Below, piece after piece: positions 11,163 to 20,746 of a stretch of 64,000 nt of DNA; position 1 is the first letter of the stretch, and each line of letters begins with the position of its first letter. The stretch lies in contig CALKWM010000017.1 of NCBI GenBank assembly GCA_938004065.1, positions 15,342 to 79,341 of the forward strand, in the 5' to 3' direction. The DNA comes from an uncultured bacterium. Lineage in GTDB: Bacteria > Patescibacteriota > JAHJAL01. The notes beneath the pieces are model-generated. The model was not told the DNA's origin and ran no database searches. It saw nothing but the letters and a program-made list of their open reading frames with translations. A program made the translations under genes and the position numbers.

Positions 11163-11206
11163 TGCATAAAAAAAATTTTTAAGTTAGATTTTTTTTTACT
11201 TGTGAA

Positions 11207-11328
11207 CTGTTAACAATAATTAGTAGCCAGAAGACAGTTATTTTGGAGGTGATTTTGGCCCAATCGACTTCATAAAAAATCAAATCAAGCCAACCTGTCT
11301 TCCAAAACTACTAATTATTTTTAACAAT
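11207..11328. repeat. Imperfect inverted repeat of about 31 bp, arms 11207-11237 and 11295-11328, in the mraZ-rsmH spacer, flanked by 10-bp direct repeats CAATGCATAA (11160-11169 and 11325-11334)
   Basis: Arm 1 is ctgttaacaataattagtagccagaagacag. The reverse complement of arm 2 is ttgttaaaaataattagtagttttggaagacag. The direct repeats abut the rsmH start and the mraZ stop. Confidence 0.6.
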
Positions 11329-11336
11329 GCATAAGC

Positions 11337-11768
11337 TTACAAACCATATTCTTCCAATTGCTCCAACACTTCCTCCGATTGGTTTTCAAGTTGGCTTCGA
11401 TAATTTTCCCACTTATCCTCATCCCACAACTCCAAACGATCGTAAATCCCAACAAAAACCACTTTTTTATTAATCTTGGCAAATTCCTTGAGATAATTCG
11501 GCAAGTTTATCCTACCTTGTTTATCAGTCCTGACATCTACCGCTCCTGACAATAAAAACCTAACGTAACTTCTGACCTCCAATTTGGATTGCGGTAATTT
11601 TGCAATCTTGGCCATCAACTCTTCCCACTCATTCATCCGATATACTGTCAAACAACCATCATTTCCTCTAGTCAATATCGCCCCGTTCGACAATGCATCC
11701 CTAAATTTAGCAGGTACGGCAACCCTACCTTTTTCATCCACACTATGTTTAAATTCTCCAACAAACAT
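11337..11768 (-). CDS. mraZ: Transcriptional regulator MraZ
   Basis: 143 aa with tandem MraZ/SpoVT-AbrB-like repeats (FxGxxxHxxDxKGRxxxP: GEFKHSVDEKGRVAVP and DVRTDKQGRINLP). First gene of the dcw cluster. Confidence 0.9.
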   Translation of the reverse strand: MFVGEFKHSVDEKGRVAVPAKFRDALSNGAILTRGNDGCLTVYRMNEWEELMAKIAKLPQSKLEVRSYVRFLLSGAVDVRTDKQGRINLPNYLKEFAKINKKVVFVGIYDRLELWDEDKWENYRSQLENQSEEVLEQLEEYGL

Positions 11769-11790
11769 TTAAAATTTGGTTACCACAATT

Positions 11791-11816
11791 CACCATTTTA
11801 CCCCACCTCCCCCCAC
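11791..11816 (-). promoter_or_regulatory. Candidate MraZ operator: (G/A)TGG(G/T) direct repeats at 10-bp spacing upstream of mraZ
   Basis: The minus strand reads GTGGGGGGAG-GTGGGGTAAA-ATGGTG, 23-48 nt upstream of the mraZ start. MraZ is known to bind tandem TGGGN repeats with 10-nt periodicity. Confidence 0.4.
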
Positions 11817-11949
11817 TTAACTCCATAATATTCCACTAAAGCTTCACCAGTCAACAGTTTTGAAAAATATTCTTGCAACACCAATCCTAGATAGTATTTT
11901 CATAGTACTTGAAAATACTTTTCCCCAATTACCACCATTTATCAATTCA

Positions 11950-11982
11950 AAAAAAATGCTACTTAAAAATAAATAGCATTTT
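11950..11982 (-). terminator. Weak intrinsic terminator downstream of glyQS
   Basis: AU-rich hairpin (AAAAUGCUA...UAGCAUUUU) followed by a U-tract on the minus strand, about 20 nt after the glyQS stop. Confidence 0.35.
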
Positions 11983-12001
11983 ATATTCGATGTAACTTTT
12001 T

Positions 12002-13396
12002 CTAACTCAGTAATTTTTCATCCAGCCACTTCTCCAGTTCTTCAATCTTGACTCTTTCTTGCTGCATTGTATCACGATCACGAACCGTCACCGCCTGATC
12101 TTTTTCAATGCTATCAAAATCAACAGTCACACAATACGGCGTCCCAATTTCATCCTGACGACGATATCTTTTGCCGATAGACTGAGTTACATCATGTTGA
12201 CACGCATATTTTGTGTTCAATTTATCAAAAATTTGCCGCGATACTTTTACCAATTCATCTTTTTTCATCAAAGGTAATACCGCCACTTTTATCGGCGCCA
12301 CTTTTTTGGAAAATTTAAGCACCACTCTAGTTTCTTTCTTATCGCCTTCACCAATTTCTTCTTCGTGATATGCATCCAACATTGTTACCAATGCCAATCT
12401 ACCCACACCCAGCGAAGTCTCAACAACACAAGGAATGTACTTTTCATTTCTCTCCTGATCAAAATACTGCAAATCCCTTCCGGAGAACATGCTATGTCTT
12501 TTCAAGTCCCAATCACCTCGATTATGTTGTCCCCAAAACTCCGCCCAGCCCCATGGAGAATTATACTCAATATCGTATGCGTCACGAGCATAATGTGCTC
12601 TTTCTTCCGGTTCATGTTGCCGAAAACGTAGATTTTCTTTATCAATCCCAATTTCCTCCTGTAAAAATTTCATACTCTCGCTCTTCCAATATTCATATTT
12701 TTCATCGGCCTCACTGGGATGAAGAAAATACTGCATTTCCATTTGTTCAAATTCGCGAGTACGATAAATAAAATTTTTTGTAGTAATCTCATTTCGAAAA
12801 GCTTTCCCAATTTGAGCAATACCAAACGGCAATTTCTGACGAGTGGACTGTAATACATTTTCAAAATTTACAAAAATTGTTTGGCATGTTTCACCTCGCA
12901 AATAAACCGTCCTTTTTTCTCCCTCGGTCACACCGATTGAACACTCCATTAATAAATTAAAACTTCTTATGTCGGTCCAATCAATTGCACCACAATTTTC
13001 ACAAGATATTTCTTCATCTTTCAACATCAAACTCAACTCCGGCAAAGTCTTGCCAGCAACTTTATCCACACCCAATTTTTCTTCCAAAATTTTATCCGCC
13101 CGATATCGCTTCTTGCAACTTTTACAATCAACCAAAGGGTCGGTAAAACTATCCACATGTCCTGATGCTTCCCAAATCTTGGGATGGGTCAAAATCTGCC
13201 CATCGATTCCTTCAATATCTTCCCGCTTCCACACAACATTTTTCCACCACAATTCTTTTAAATTACTAATCAATTCAACCCCCAACGGACCATAATCATA
13301 GATACTGGCAAAACCACCATATATCTCACTTGACGGATAAACAAAACCACGTTGTTTTGCCCAAGCCACCAATTTATCCATACTTACTTGTGTCAC
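12002..13396 (-). CDS. glyQS: Glycine--tRNA ligase (homodimeric GlyQS type)
   Basis: 464 aa whose N-terminus VAWAKQRGFVYPSSEIYGGFASIYDYGPLG is the hallmark of class II dimeric GlyRS. Has a C-terminal anticodon-binding domain. Confidence 0.9.
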   Translation of the reverse strand: MTQVSMDKLVAWAKQRGFVYPSSEIYGGFASIYDYGPLGVELISNLKELWWKNVVWKREDIEGIDGQILTHPKIWEASGHVDSFTDPLVDCKSCKKRYRADKILEEKLGVDKVAGKTLPELSLMLKDEEISCENCGAIDWTDIRSFNLLMECSIGVTEGEKRTVYLRGETCQTIFVNFENVLQSTRQKLPFGIAQIGKAFRNEITTKNFIYRTREFEQMEMQYFLHPSEADEKYEYWKSESMKFLQEEIGIDKENLRFRQHEPEERAHYARDAYDIEYNSPWGWAEFWGQHNRGDWDLKRHSMFSGRDLQYFDQERNEKYIPCVVETSLGVGRLALVTMLDAYHEEEIGEGDKKETRVVLKFSKKVAPIKVAVLPLMKKDELVKVSRQIFDKLNTKYACQHDVTQSIGKRYRRQDEIGTPYCVTVDFDSIEKDQAVTVRDRDTMQQERVKIEELEKWLDEKLLS

Positions 13397-13602
13397 TTTT
13401 TACCTCCTGCAATTTTTATATACTATACAAAATTACTATCAAGCCATCAATGACATAATTTTTTAAATAATATTTTCATCCAACCATAAACATATTATAA
13501 ATAATTTCCAACATTATTAATATCCATTGTCAGTATTCAAATTATCTTTTCTAAATATGGACTATTCAAAAAATTTTCCCTCTCTCCAATACAATTGACC
13601 GC

Positions 13603-14574
13603 CTAACCAAAAATAATCTTTTTTACCATTGACTGATAATCAAATCCACTCTTCCTCCATATCTTTGCCATATCACTCTCCGCACCAACTGACGGCGACA
13701 AATCAATCTCAGCAATTTTCCAACCATCTATGTATCTATTAATTATAAACATACCATAATCACACACATCGTAGTTTTTGACGAAATTGATCACAAAATC
13801 CTGTATCTCTCTCTCAAATATTTTATCTTCCGCCAAAGACAACTTATTTTGCAAATTTTTAGATAACAATTTTGAAGGTAAAAAATTTTGTCGCCCAATA
13901 AAACTAATCATATATTTTTTGTTCAACACTCCCAATTCTTTGATCGTCACCTCACCGTAACCTTCTTCAAAAATTTTAAAAACCATGTTGGCAAAATTCT
14001 CAAATAATGATATTCGTTCACAATGACTTCCATAACTTATTTCCAACGGAAATTTATAATTCACCCTGATCTCATCTTCAATACTGGCATAATTTTTCTC
14101 CCAATCTGTCAGTATAATTTCAAGTGATTTCAAATCATCAAACACCAAATCGGTAAAAATTTTTTTAGCCAAAACCCTTTCCTGACATATGAAAGACACG
14201 GCACTTTCCGAACCAACCATATCAACTCCGGCAAACTCCAAAACCGATTTCAAACCTAAATTGGTGAAATTATACCCACCAATCAATGGCCATACTTTCC
14301 CAAGAGCTATACCTTCATTCAATCCACCACCGATAACAAACTCATCCTGATCGAGCAATATCATTCGATTTGCCAATATATTCACTCTCTTCATTCCTTC
14401 CGCATTTTTCCACCACATCCATCCATGATCATCAATCTGCAATCTTTGTACTTTTAGTGAACCGGCCAATATTCCTTGTAAATCTTCAGCATATTCATGT
14501 TTTTCATCACGCCCTCCTTCCACTAACAATACATCTATTTTCATATTACTATGATAAATTTTTATAAACTTCAT
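13603..14574 (-). CDS. ATP-grasp enzyme, divergent D-alanine--D-alanine ligase-like
   Basis: 323 aa. The segment GGGLNEGIALGKV...LEFAGVDMVGSESAVSFICQERVLAKK resembles the Ddl central region (GEDG...LLE..G.PYVGS...DK..K). The C-terminal IAEIDLSPSVG resembles the ATP-grasp E-x-N-t-xPG motif. The cell-wall context supports this. Confidence 0.5.
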   Translation of the reverse strand: MKFIKIYHSNMKIDVLLVEGGRDEKHEYAEDLQGILAGSLKVQRLQIDDHGWMWWKNAEGMKRVNILANRMILLDQDEFVIGGGLNEGIALGKVWPLIGGYNFTNLGLKSVLEFAGVDMVGSESAVSFICQERVLAKKIFTDLVFDDLKSLEIILTDWEKNYASIEDEIRVNYKFPLEISYGSHCERISLFENFANMVFKIFEEGYGEVTIKELGVLNKKYMISFIGRQNFLPSKLLSKNLQNKLSLAEDKIFEREIQDFVINFVKNYDVCDYGMFIINRYIDGWKIAEIDLSPSVGAESDMAKIWRKSGFDYQSMVKKIIFG

Positions 14575-15358
14575 TCAAAAAATCTAACGATTTTAACTCC
14601 TTTTTATGATAAATATCAAATAATTTAAATGAATAGTCCATCACTTCTTTTGCGCCATAAATCGATTCCGTGTTTATCAATTCATCGCAAGATTTTGTCG
14701 CTACCTGACAATACATATCATAAATACCTCTATTCATCTCACCAAAAACCAGATTACCACTTACGCATTTTTTACAACACACTCCGTACTCCGTCATCAA
14801 TAAATCACTCACCACATCTTTTCCGCAAATACTACAACCCAAAACAATCGGTAACCTTCCCGATAACGCCAGTACCGACATCAAAAATGATGCTAAAAAC
14901 AACTCAATTTTTTCACGTTTATCAAAATTCAGCCGATTTCGTTGATAGCAATCCAGATAGTCACAAACCAAATTAAATATCGTCTGATCATCTTGACCAA
15001 ATACACTGAGCAATTCCACCACTTCCATCAACAACCCCCCCACTCCCAGTCCGGCTAAACTTTTTTCCAGCATTTTATAATCTTCAACCAATACTGCATC
15101 TTTCAAAATATCAAATCCCCTTCTTTGTTCCACCTCAATTTGCAATATCAAAAAACTGTCCGACAACCCACCAAGTCTCGACCCGGGTTTTCTAACTCCT
15201 TTGGCCAAAACATCTATCCGACCGAAATCTTCAGTCAACAACAACAACACTCGGTCATATTCACCAAAATTTCGCTTCTTCAATACCAAGGATTTAGTTT
15301 TAATTAATTTTTCCAAATGATTATATTTTAACTCCACGATATTTGATAGATAAAACAA
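14549..15358 (-). CDS. recO: DNA repair protein RecO
   Basis: 269 aa with an N-terminal OB-fold region, RecO-like conserved segments and a C-terminal Cys4 zinc motif (CSICGK...CCKKC). Confidence 0.75.
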   Translation of the reverse strand: MFYLSNIVELKYNHLEKLIKTKSLVLKKRNFGEYDRVLLLLTEDFGRIDVLAKGVRKPGSRLGGLSDSFLILQIEVEQRRGFDILKDAVLVEDYKMLEKSLAGLGVGGLLMEVVELLSVFGQDDQTIFNLVCDYLDCYQRNRLNFDKREKIELFLASFLMSVLALSGRLPIVLGCSICGKDVVSDLLMTEYGVCCKKCVSGNLVFGEMNRGIYDMYCQVATKSCDELINTESIYGAKEVMDYSFKLFDIYHKKELKSLDFLNEVYKNLS

Positions 15359-16439
15359 TTGCCAACACCATCATAATGGTGATCATCGAAGTTCCACCGG
15401 AACTTATGAGCGGCAACGGAATACCGGTTACCGGCATCACGCCAATATTCATCCCGATATTCACAAAAACTTGAAAAACAATCATTGCTCCAATACCTCC
15501 CGCCAAATAATAACCAAACTGATCAATCGTCATAAACGCCAATTTCCAAATATACCACACCAGATATGAATAACATAACAAAACCACTATCGCTCCCATG
15601 AAACCAAACTCCTCACCCAAAACCGCAAATGCAAAATCCGAATAAGCCACCGGTAAAAACTGTAACTGCGATTGCCAACCTTTTCCCAATCCCAATCCAT
15701 ACCAACTGCCACTGCCAATAGCAATCTGTGATTGTAACACATTGTAACCCATACCATACGGGTCGCGGGTCGGATCAATAAAAGTTAAAATTCGATTTTG
15801 TTGATAATCTTGTAATAAAAACCACGAAAAAGGCAACGCCAACAAAACCACCGCTACTATTGACCAGAAATAAATCCGTAAAAAAGGAGACAAAAATACC
15901 ATCAACCCCCAAATAACCAATAACACCAATGACGAACCCAAATCTGGTTGCAACATAATCAAAACTACCGGCAAAGAAGTTAAAAGAAAACTGACAATTA
16001 CATCTCGCCAAACCACAGTGTCTCCCCTCTTAGACATAAAATCAGCCATAAACATTAGATACAACACTTTTACCACCTCAACTGGTTGAAATCGAAAAAT
16101 AACCAGATCAATCCAACGCTGTGCGCCAAACTCAGTCCTCCCAAAAAAAAATACCAAAATCAGCAATAACAATATTAGAGCATACAACCACCATCCGATA
16201 TTACGATAAACTCGATAATCTATCCGCATCACCCACCAAAAAACTCCGATTGACAACAAAACCAATATTATTTGCTTCCATAAACCACCAATCCCAGACT
16301 CAGAAACCGACAAACTATAAAAAACTAATAATCCAAATACTAAGAGTAAAAAAATTGATAAAAAAAATACCCATTCCATCAATGTTGTATTTTTCAATGA
16401 AAAGTTAGTGTTCATACTGATATTATAACAAATAATCAT
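15321..16439 (-). CDS. rodA: SEDS-family protein, second copy (RodA-like)
   Basis: 372 aa polytopic FtsW/RodA family protein distinct from the 4523-5662 copy, with conserved PVEVVK and SSGGTS segments. Confidence 0.75.
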   Translation of the reverse strand: MIICYNISMNTNFSLKNTTLMEWVFFLSIFLLLVFGLLVFYSLSVSESGIGGLWKQIILVLLSIGVFWWVMRIDYRVYRNIGWWLYALILLLLILVFFFGRTEFGAQRWIDLVIFRFQPVEVVKVLYLMFMADFMSKRGDTVVWRDVIVSFLLTSLPVVLIMLQPDLGSSLVLLVIWGLMVFLSPFLRIYFWSIVAVVLLALPFSWFLLQDYQQNRILTFIDPTRDPYGMGYNVLQSQIAIGSGSWYGLGLGKGWQSQLQFLPVAYSDFAFAVLGEEFGFMGAIVVLLCYSYLVWYIWKLAFMTIDQFGYYLAGGIGAMIVFQVFVNIGMNIGVMPVTGIPLPLISSGGTSMITIMMVLAIVLSIKYRGVKI

Positions 16440-16518
16440 ACTTATTATAAATCAGCCCCACTCCACTAACTAACAAAATTATTTTAATATCTAAAAATAT
16501 CTAATAACAATTCAAAAA

Positions 16519-16773
16519 CTATGATAATTTTTCTTGTAAATATGCTTTTTCAGCATCTATCTCCAACAATTTCTGTCTGGAATTGGCACCGGCAACTATT
16601 CTTACAGCACTTTTTGACAAATCCAACTTTTCCGCCAAAAAACTTATCAACCTTTTGTTGGCCTCACCATCAATCGGCTTTGCTTTTATCTCTACCTTCA
16701 AAACTTCCCCCAACCATCCCACAATTGCATCACTTTTTGCTTCCGGTTTAACTTTGACAAATATTTTGATCAT
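16519..16773 (-). CDS. YggU/DUF167 family protein
   Basis: 84 aa (IKVKPEAKSDAIVGW...VEIKAKPIDGEANKRLISFLAEKL) matching the UPF0235/YggU signature. Adjacent to yggT, as in many ftsZ-downstream clusters. Confidence 0.65.
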   Translation of the reverse strand: MIKIFVKVKPEAKSDAIVGWLGEVLKVEIKAKPIDGEANKRLISFLAEKLDLSKSAVRIVAGANSRQKLLEIDAEKAYLQEKLS

Positions 16774-17021
16774 ATACTATTCATTAGAAGTGAAACCAAT
16801 ACATCCCCCCCATACTGCAAAATCAATAGTGCTAAAATGGGACTTAAATCCAGCATCCCTCCCAACGGAGGTAAAATCATCCTCAACGGACCCAGCACCC
16901 ATTCGGTAGTATCATATATGTAACGATTCCGATATGCAAACCAAGAAAAAATTACCCTTAGAAATATAAGGATAATTAATATCTGTCTAATCAACACAAT
17001 AAAATTTACTAAAAATATCAT
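16770..17021 (-). CDS. YggT family membrane protein
   Basis: 83 aa with two TM segments and YggT-like repeats. Sits immediately downstream of ftsZ with a 4-nt overlap to yggU. Confidence 0.55.
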   Translation of the reverse strand: MIFLVNFIVLIRQILIILIFLRVIFSWFAYRNRYIYDTTEWVLGPLRMILPPLGGMLDLSPILALLILQYGGDVLVSLLMNSI

Positions 17022-17030
17022 CAGAAAATA

Positions 17031-18167
17031 TTATTTCATTTTTCTGCGAATAAACGCCGGAACTTCCAACTCATCTTCCGGTTCATTGTTTACACTAGAA
17101 CTAAGTGGTCGACTGGCTGAATTTTGAGATAACATACTGGCAGAAGAATAAGATGATGAATCCATCACTCTGGGTCTCTCATTTTTTCCTTCAAAATTGG
17201 TAGCTACTACGGTGATCCTAACCTCTCCCTGCATAGTTTCATCAATGACCGCACCAAAAATAATATTTGCTTCCGGATCAGCCGCTTCAGTTATAGTTTT
17301 TGCCGCCTCATCAATTTCGTACATACCCAGATCGGGACCACCGGTAATATTCATCAAAATCCCTTTGGCACCATCAATTGATATCTCAAGCAATGGACTA
17401 TCTATTGCCGCCCTGGCCGCCTCGATTGCCCTGGATTCTCCCGTACCGGAGCCAATTCCCATCAAAGCCGTTCCACTATCCTGCATAATTGCCTTAACGT
17501 CAGCAAAATCAAGATTAATCAAACCATGTTGAGTGATCAAATCAGTAATACCCTTTACACCTTGACGCAAAACATCATCTACCACCCGAAAAGCATCCAT
17601 CAAAGTAGTTTTCTTATCAACAACTTGCAATAAACGATCATTTGGAATAACTATCAATGTATCAACATTTTTTCTCAGTTCCTCAATCCCCGCCTCTGCC
17701 AATTTCATTCTTCTTTGACCTTCAAAAGTAAATGGCTTGGTTACTACCGCCACTGTTAAAGCACCCAATTCTTTAGCAATACCAGCCACAACCGGAGCCG
17801 CTCCGGTACCGGTTCCACCTCCCATACCGGCTGTCACAAAAACCATATCACTCTCTCGCAACTCTTCATAAATCTCATCTTTATTTTCCTCAGCTGACAT
17901 TCTGCCTTTTTCCGGATCCGCTCCACAGCCCAAACCCCTGGTCAAATCACGTCCAATCTGAATAGAACTCTCTGCCAAACTTTCTTTCAATGCTTGAGCA
18001 TCAGAATTAACCGCAATAAAATCAACACCTTTCAACTTGGCTTCAATCATTCTATTTATAGCCGATCCACCACTCCCGCCAACTCCGATTACCTTTATCC
18101 TGGCGCTTCCATCCCCTTTTTCACTTGAAATCATCGAAGAAATAGGTTTTTTGTTATCTTTTGTCAT
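17031..18167 (-). CDS. ftsZ: Cell division GTPase FtsZ
   Basis: 378 aa with the tubulin signature GGGTGTG ([13 protein letters not shown]) and an N-terminal [17 protein letters not shown]. Confidence 0.95.
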   Translation of the reverse strand: MTKDNKKPISSMISSEKGDGSARIKVIGVGGSGGSAINRMIEAKLKGVDFIAVNSDAQALKESLAESSIQIGRDLTRGLGCGADPEKGRMSAEENKDEIYEELRESDMVFVTAGMGGGTGTGAAPVVAGIAKELGALTVAVVTKPFTFEGQRRMKLAEAGIEELRKNVDTLIVIPNDRLLQVVDKKTTLMDAFRVVDDVLRQGVKGITDLITQHGLINLDFADVKAIMQDSGTALMGIGSGTGESRAIEAARAAIDSPLLEISIDGAKGILMNITGGPDLGMYEIDEAAKTITEAADPEANIIFGAVIDETMQGEVRITVVATNFEGKNERPRVMDSSSYSSASMLSQNSASRPLSSSVNNEPEDELEVPAFIRRKMK

Positions 18168-18253
18168 ATATCTAATTAAAATTATTAACTTATGAAAATA
18201 TTAAAAAAATATCTAAACAAATTATACCCCCTAAAACCCATAAAAATCAATCT

Positions 18254-19498
18254 CTATGGCAAAAACTGCCCAAACCAATCTTTTACTTTATTCCAGCTAT
18301 CCCCGGATTTACTTATTTGTCCAACAGCTACAACATTTTCACCCTTTACAACTGACTGTGCTCCCCAATTCATCAATCCCACCGCACACACCATTCTTGG
18401 ATCGTCAGAAATCTTGTCAATCATGCCACCGACATTGACAGGCAAACCCATTTGTGAAGGCAATCTCAAAGACTCCTTTGCCAGATCAACCGTTCCTAAA
18501 AGTTTACTGCCGCCACCTGTCATCACCACTCCCGCTGGTAACATTCCATCTCGCCCGACTTTTTTTAACTCATCACTTACCATACCCAAAATTTCTAACA
18601 TTCGTGCCTCAATAATCTCCGCCACTTCTCTTTTACTTACAAAAATCCCGTCTGACACACCATATTTTTTTAAATCAATTCTTTCTCTTTCCGGTATTAC
18701 TGCCGGTATGGCACAACCTTCATCCAATTTTACTTTCTCGGCAATCTCAATCGAAGTCCGAAGACCAATAGCAATATCATTGGTTACATGAGATGAGCCA
18801 ATTGGTAATACACATGTATGCAACACATTTCCCTCTTCAAAAACAGCCACCCCGGTAGTACTGTAACCAATATCCACCACCACCACTCCAACCTCTTTTT
18901 GATTTTTAGTCAATACTGCTTTTGCTGACGCTAAGACACCCAAAATCAATTCGTCAATATCTAAACCAGCTTGATAAACACATTTGGTCAAGTTTTTAAT
19001 CGAAGGCGTTGAAGCGGTAATCACATGCGCTTCCACCTCCAATCGTACACCTGTCATACCAACCGGATCATGAATACCATCCTGGTCATCAACTTTGTAA
19101 CTACGAGGTATCACATGTAAAATTTCTCGGTTTGCAGGAACTGAAACCGCTCTGGCTGCCTCCAAAACCCGCGCCACATCATCAGCGGAAATTTCCCCAT
19201 CGGATTTTGATACCGCAATTACACCCTTAGAATTTTGTGATTGAATTGCCGCACTATCAACTCCGATAAACGCATTATCTATCGGCACTCCCGCCATTCT
19301 TTCCGCCGACTCCAAAACTGCCGAAATTGCACTAACGGTCTCTTCAATATCAACTACCACTCCCTTCCTTAAACCAAAAGAGGGAACACACCCATAACCC
19401 AAAATTTCCGGTTCTGCTTTGTCAGGCAATAAATGTCCAACAACCGCACAAACTTTTGTACCTCCAATATCTAACCCTGTAACGATTTCTTTTGACAT
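18254..19498 (-). CDS. ftsA: Cell division protein FtsA
   Basis: 414 aa actin-fold ATPase (GLDIGGTKVCAVVG; DIGYSTTGVAVF). Sits immediately upstream of ftsZ. Confidence 0.9.
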   Translation of the reverse strand: MSKEIVTGLDIGGTKVCAVVGHLLPDKAEPEILGYGCVPSFGLRKGVVVDIEETVSAISAVLESAERMAGVPIDNAFIGVDSAAIQSQNSKGVIAVSKSDGEISADDVARVLEAARAVSVPANREILHVIPRSYKVDDQDGIHDPVGMTGVRLEVEAHVITASTPSIKNLTKCVYQAGLDIDELILGVLASAKAVLTKNQKEVGVVVVDIGYSTTGVAVFEEGNVLHTCVLPIGSSHVTNDIAIGLRTSIEIAEKVKLDEGCAIPAVIPERERIDLKKYGVSDGIFVSKREVAEIIEARMLEILGMVSDELKKVGRDGMLPAGVVMTGGGSKLLGTVDLAKESLRLPSQMGLPVNVGGMIDKISDDPRMVCAVGLMNWGAQSVVKGENVVAVGQISKSGDSWNKVKDWFGQFLP

Positions 19499-19515
19499 GA
19501 AAAATTGCCCTCCAA

Positions 19516-20703
19516 TTATTTCATTTCATCTAATAATATACTTACCTTACTGACTTCACCCTTACGATAATACTCCACTTCTATCGTATCCCCGGGTGAA
19601 TAATTTTGTAACAATCCCGCTAAACTATGTTTCTCATCAATTTTTTTTCCATCAATTGCCACTATTATATCATTTACTTTCAAATCAGCTTTATCCGCCG
19701 GACTTCCCGGAATTACCGCTAATTCTCCAACTCCCTCGGAATATATCAAAGCACCATATTTTACATCCAATTGATTCAATGCAGCAAATTCCGGTGTCAG
19801 AGGCAAATATCTGATTCCCAATCTGGGTCTTGAGATTACTCCATTTTCAATATAACTTTCAATCGCTGATTTGGCTTGATTTATAGGTATCGCAAAACCG
19901 ATACTGGTAGCGTCCAAATCAATTGCCGTATTAATACCCACTACACTACCATCCAGATCAACCAAAGGACCACCTGAATTTCCGGGATTGATAGCCGCAT
20001 CGGTTTGGATCATATTTTCTAACTGTTCATTGTTACCATAACCATCTCCTGCCAAAATCGTTCGATCAACCGCACTAACCACTCCGGTCGTTACGGTATT
20101 TTGATACTCATTTAATGCATTACCAATAGCAATCACCCGTTGACCAATTTTCAAATTATCAGAATCACCGAGATTCAAAACCGGCAAACCATCAGCATCA
20201 ATTTTTACAATTGCCAGATCATTCATCGGATCCAAAGCCATCAACTTGGCATCATAGCTTACACCATCGGACGTAATTACTGTATATTCCGCACTACTGT
20301 CATTTACCACATGTTTATTGGTTAATATCAAACCATCACTGGTTATAATAAAACCGGTGCCACCACCCTCCTCCTCATATACTTGTCCAAAATAATCTCT
20401 TACATTTCTAGTCAAAGTAATACTTACAACCGAAGGATTAACAACTGCTACCGCATCGATAACCGCCGAATTCTCTTCTATGTTGTACGTTTTTGAACCC
20501 GAAAAAGGCAAAGCAAAATCCGAATTCAATTCTCCTGTACTACTATCATGATTGGTAACAACCCACCACGCCGTTATTCCACCACAGATCACTGCAAAAA
20601 AAACTGTCACAATAAAAGTCAGTAATAACAAAAAACAACTAGTTGTTTTTGAAAATGAAGTCATAATTATTTTCTTTTTTACTCCCATATTTAAAGATAT
20701 CAC
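19516..20703 (-). CDS. htrA: HtrA/DegP-family serine protease with a C-terminal PDZ domain
   Basis: 395 aa with an N-terminal TM, a trypsin-like catalytic triad context (TNKHVV; D...; GNSGGPLVD) and a C-terminal PDZ domain. Confidence 0.85.
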   Translation of the reverse strand: MISLNMGVKKKIIMTSFSKTTSCFLLLLTFIVTVFFAVICGGITAWWVVTNHDSSTGELNSDFALPFSGSKTYNIEENSAVIDAVAVVNPSVVSITLTRNVRDYFGQVYEEEGGGTGFIITSDGLILTNKHVVNDSSAEYTVITSDGVSYDAKLMALDPMNDLAIVKIDADGLPVLNLGDSDNLKIGQRVIAIGNALNEYQNTVTTGVVSAVDRTILAGDGYGNNEQLENMIQTDAAINPGNSGGPLVDLDGSVVGINTAIDLDATSIGFAIPINQAKSAIESYIENGVISRPRLGIRYLPLTPEFAALNQLDVKYGALIYSEGVGELAVIPGSPADKADLKVNDIIVAIDGKKIDEKHSLAGLLQNYSPGDTIEVEYYRKGEVSKVSILLDEMK

Positions 20704-20746
20704 AAATCCAAAATCTTGACCATTTATAGCAAATGTGTTAAAAATG

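Noticed and set aside
11244-11270. A tiny ORF (TTG-GCC-CAA-TCG-ACT-TCA-TAA, 6 codons) after the GGAGGTGA in the loop of the mraZ-rsmH inverted repeat
   Set aside because: It is on the plus strand, opposite the operon direction, and far too short to evaluate. It is likely coincidental.
13397-13602. A T-box riboswitch upstream of glyQS
   Set aside because: The leader is about 80% A+T with no T-box consensus (AATTAGGGTGGNACCGCG) and no specifier-loop or antiterminator architecture.
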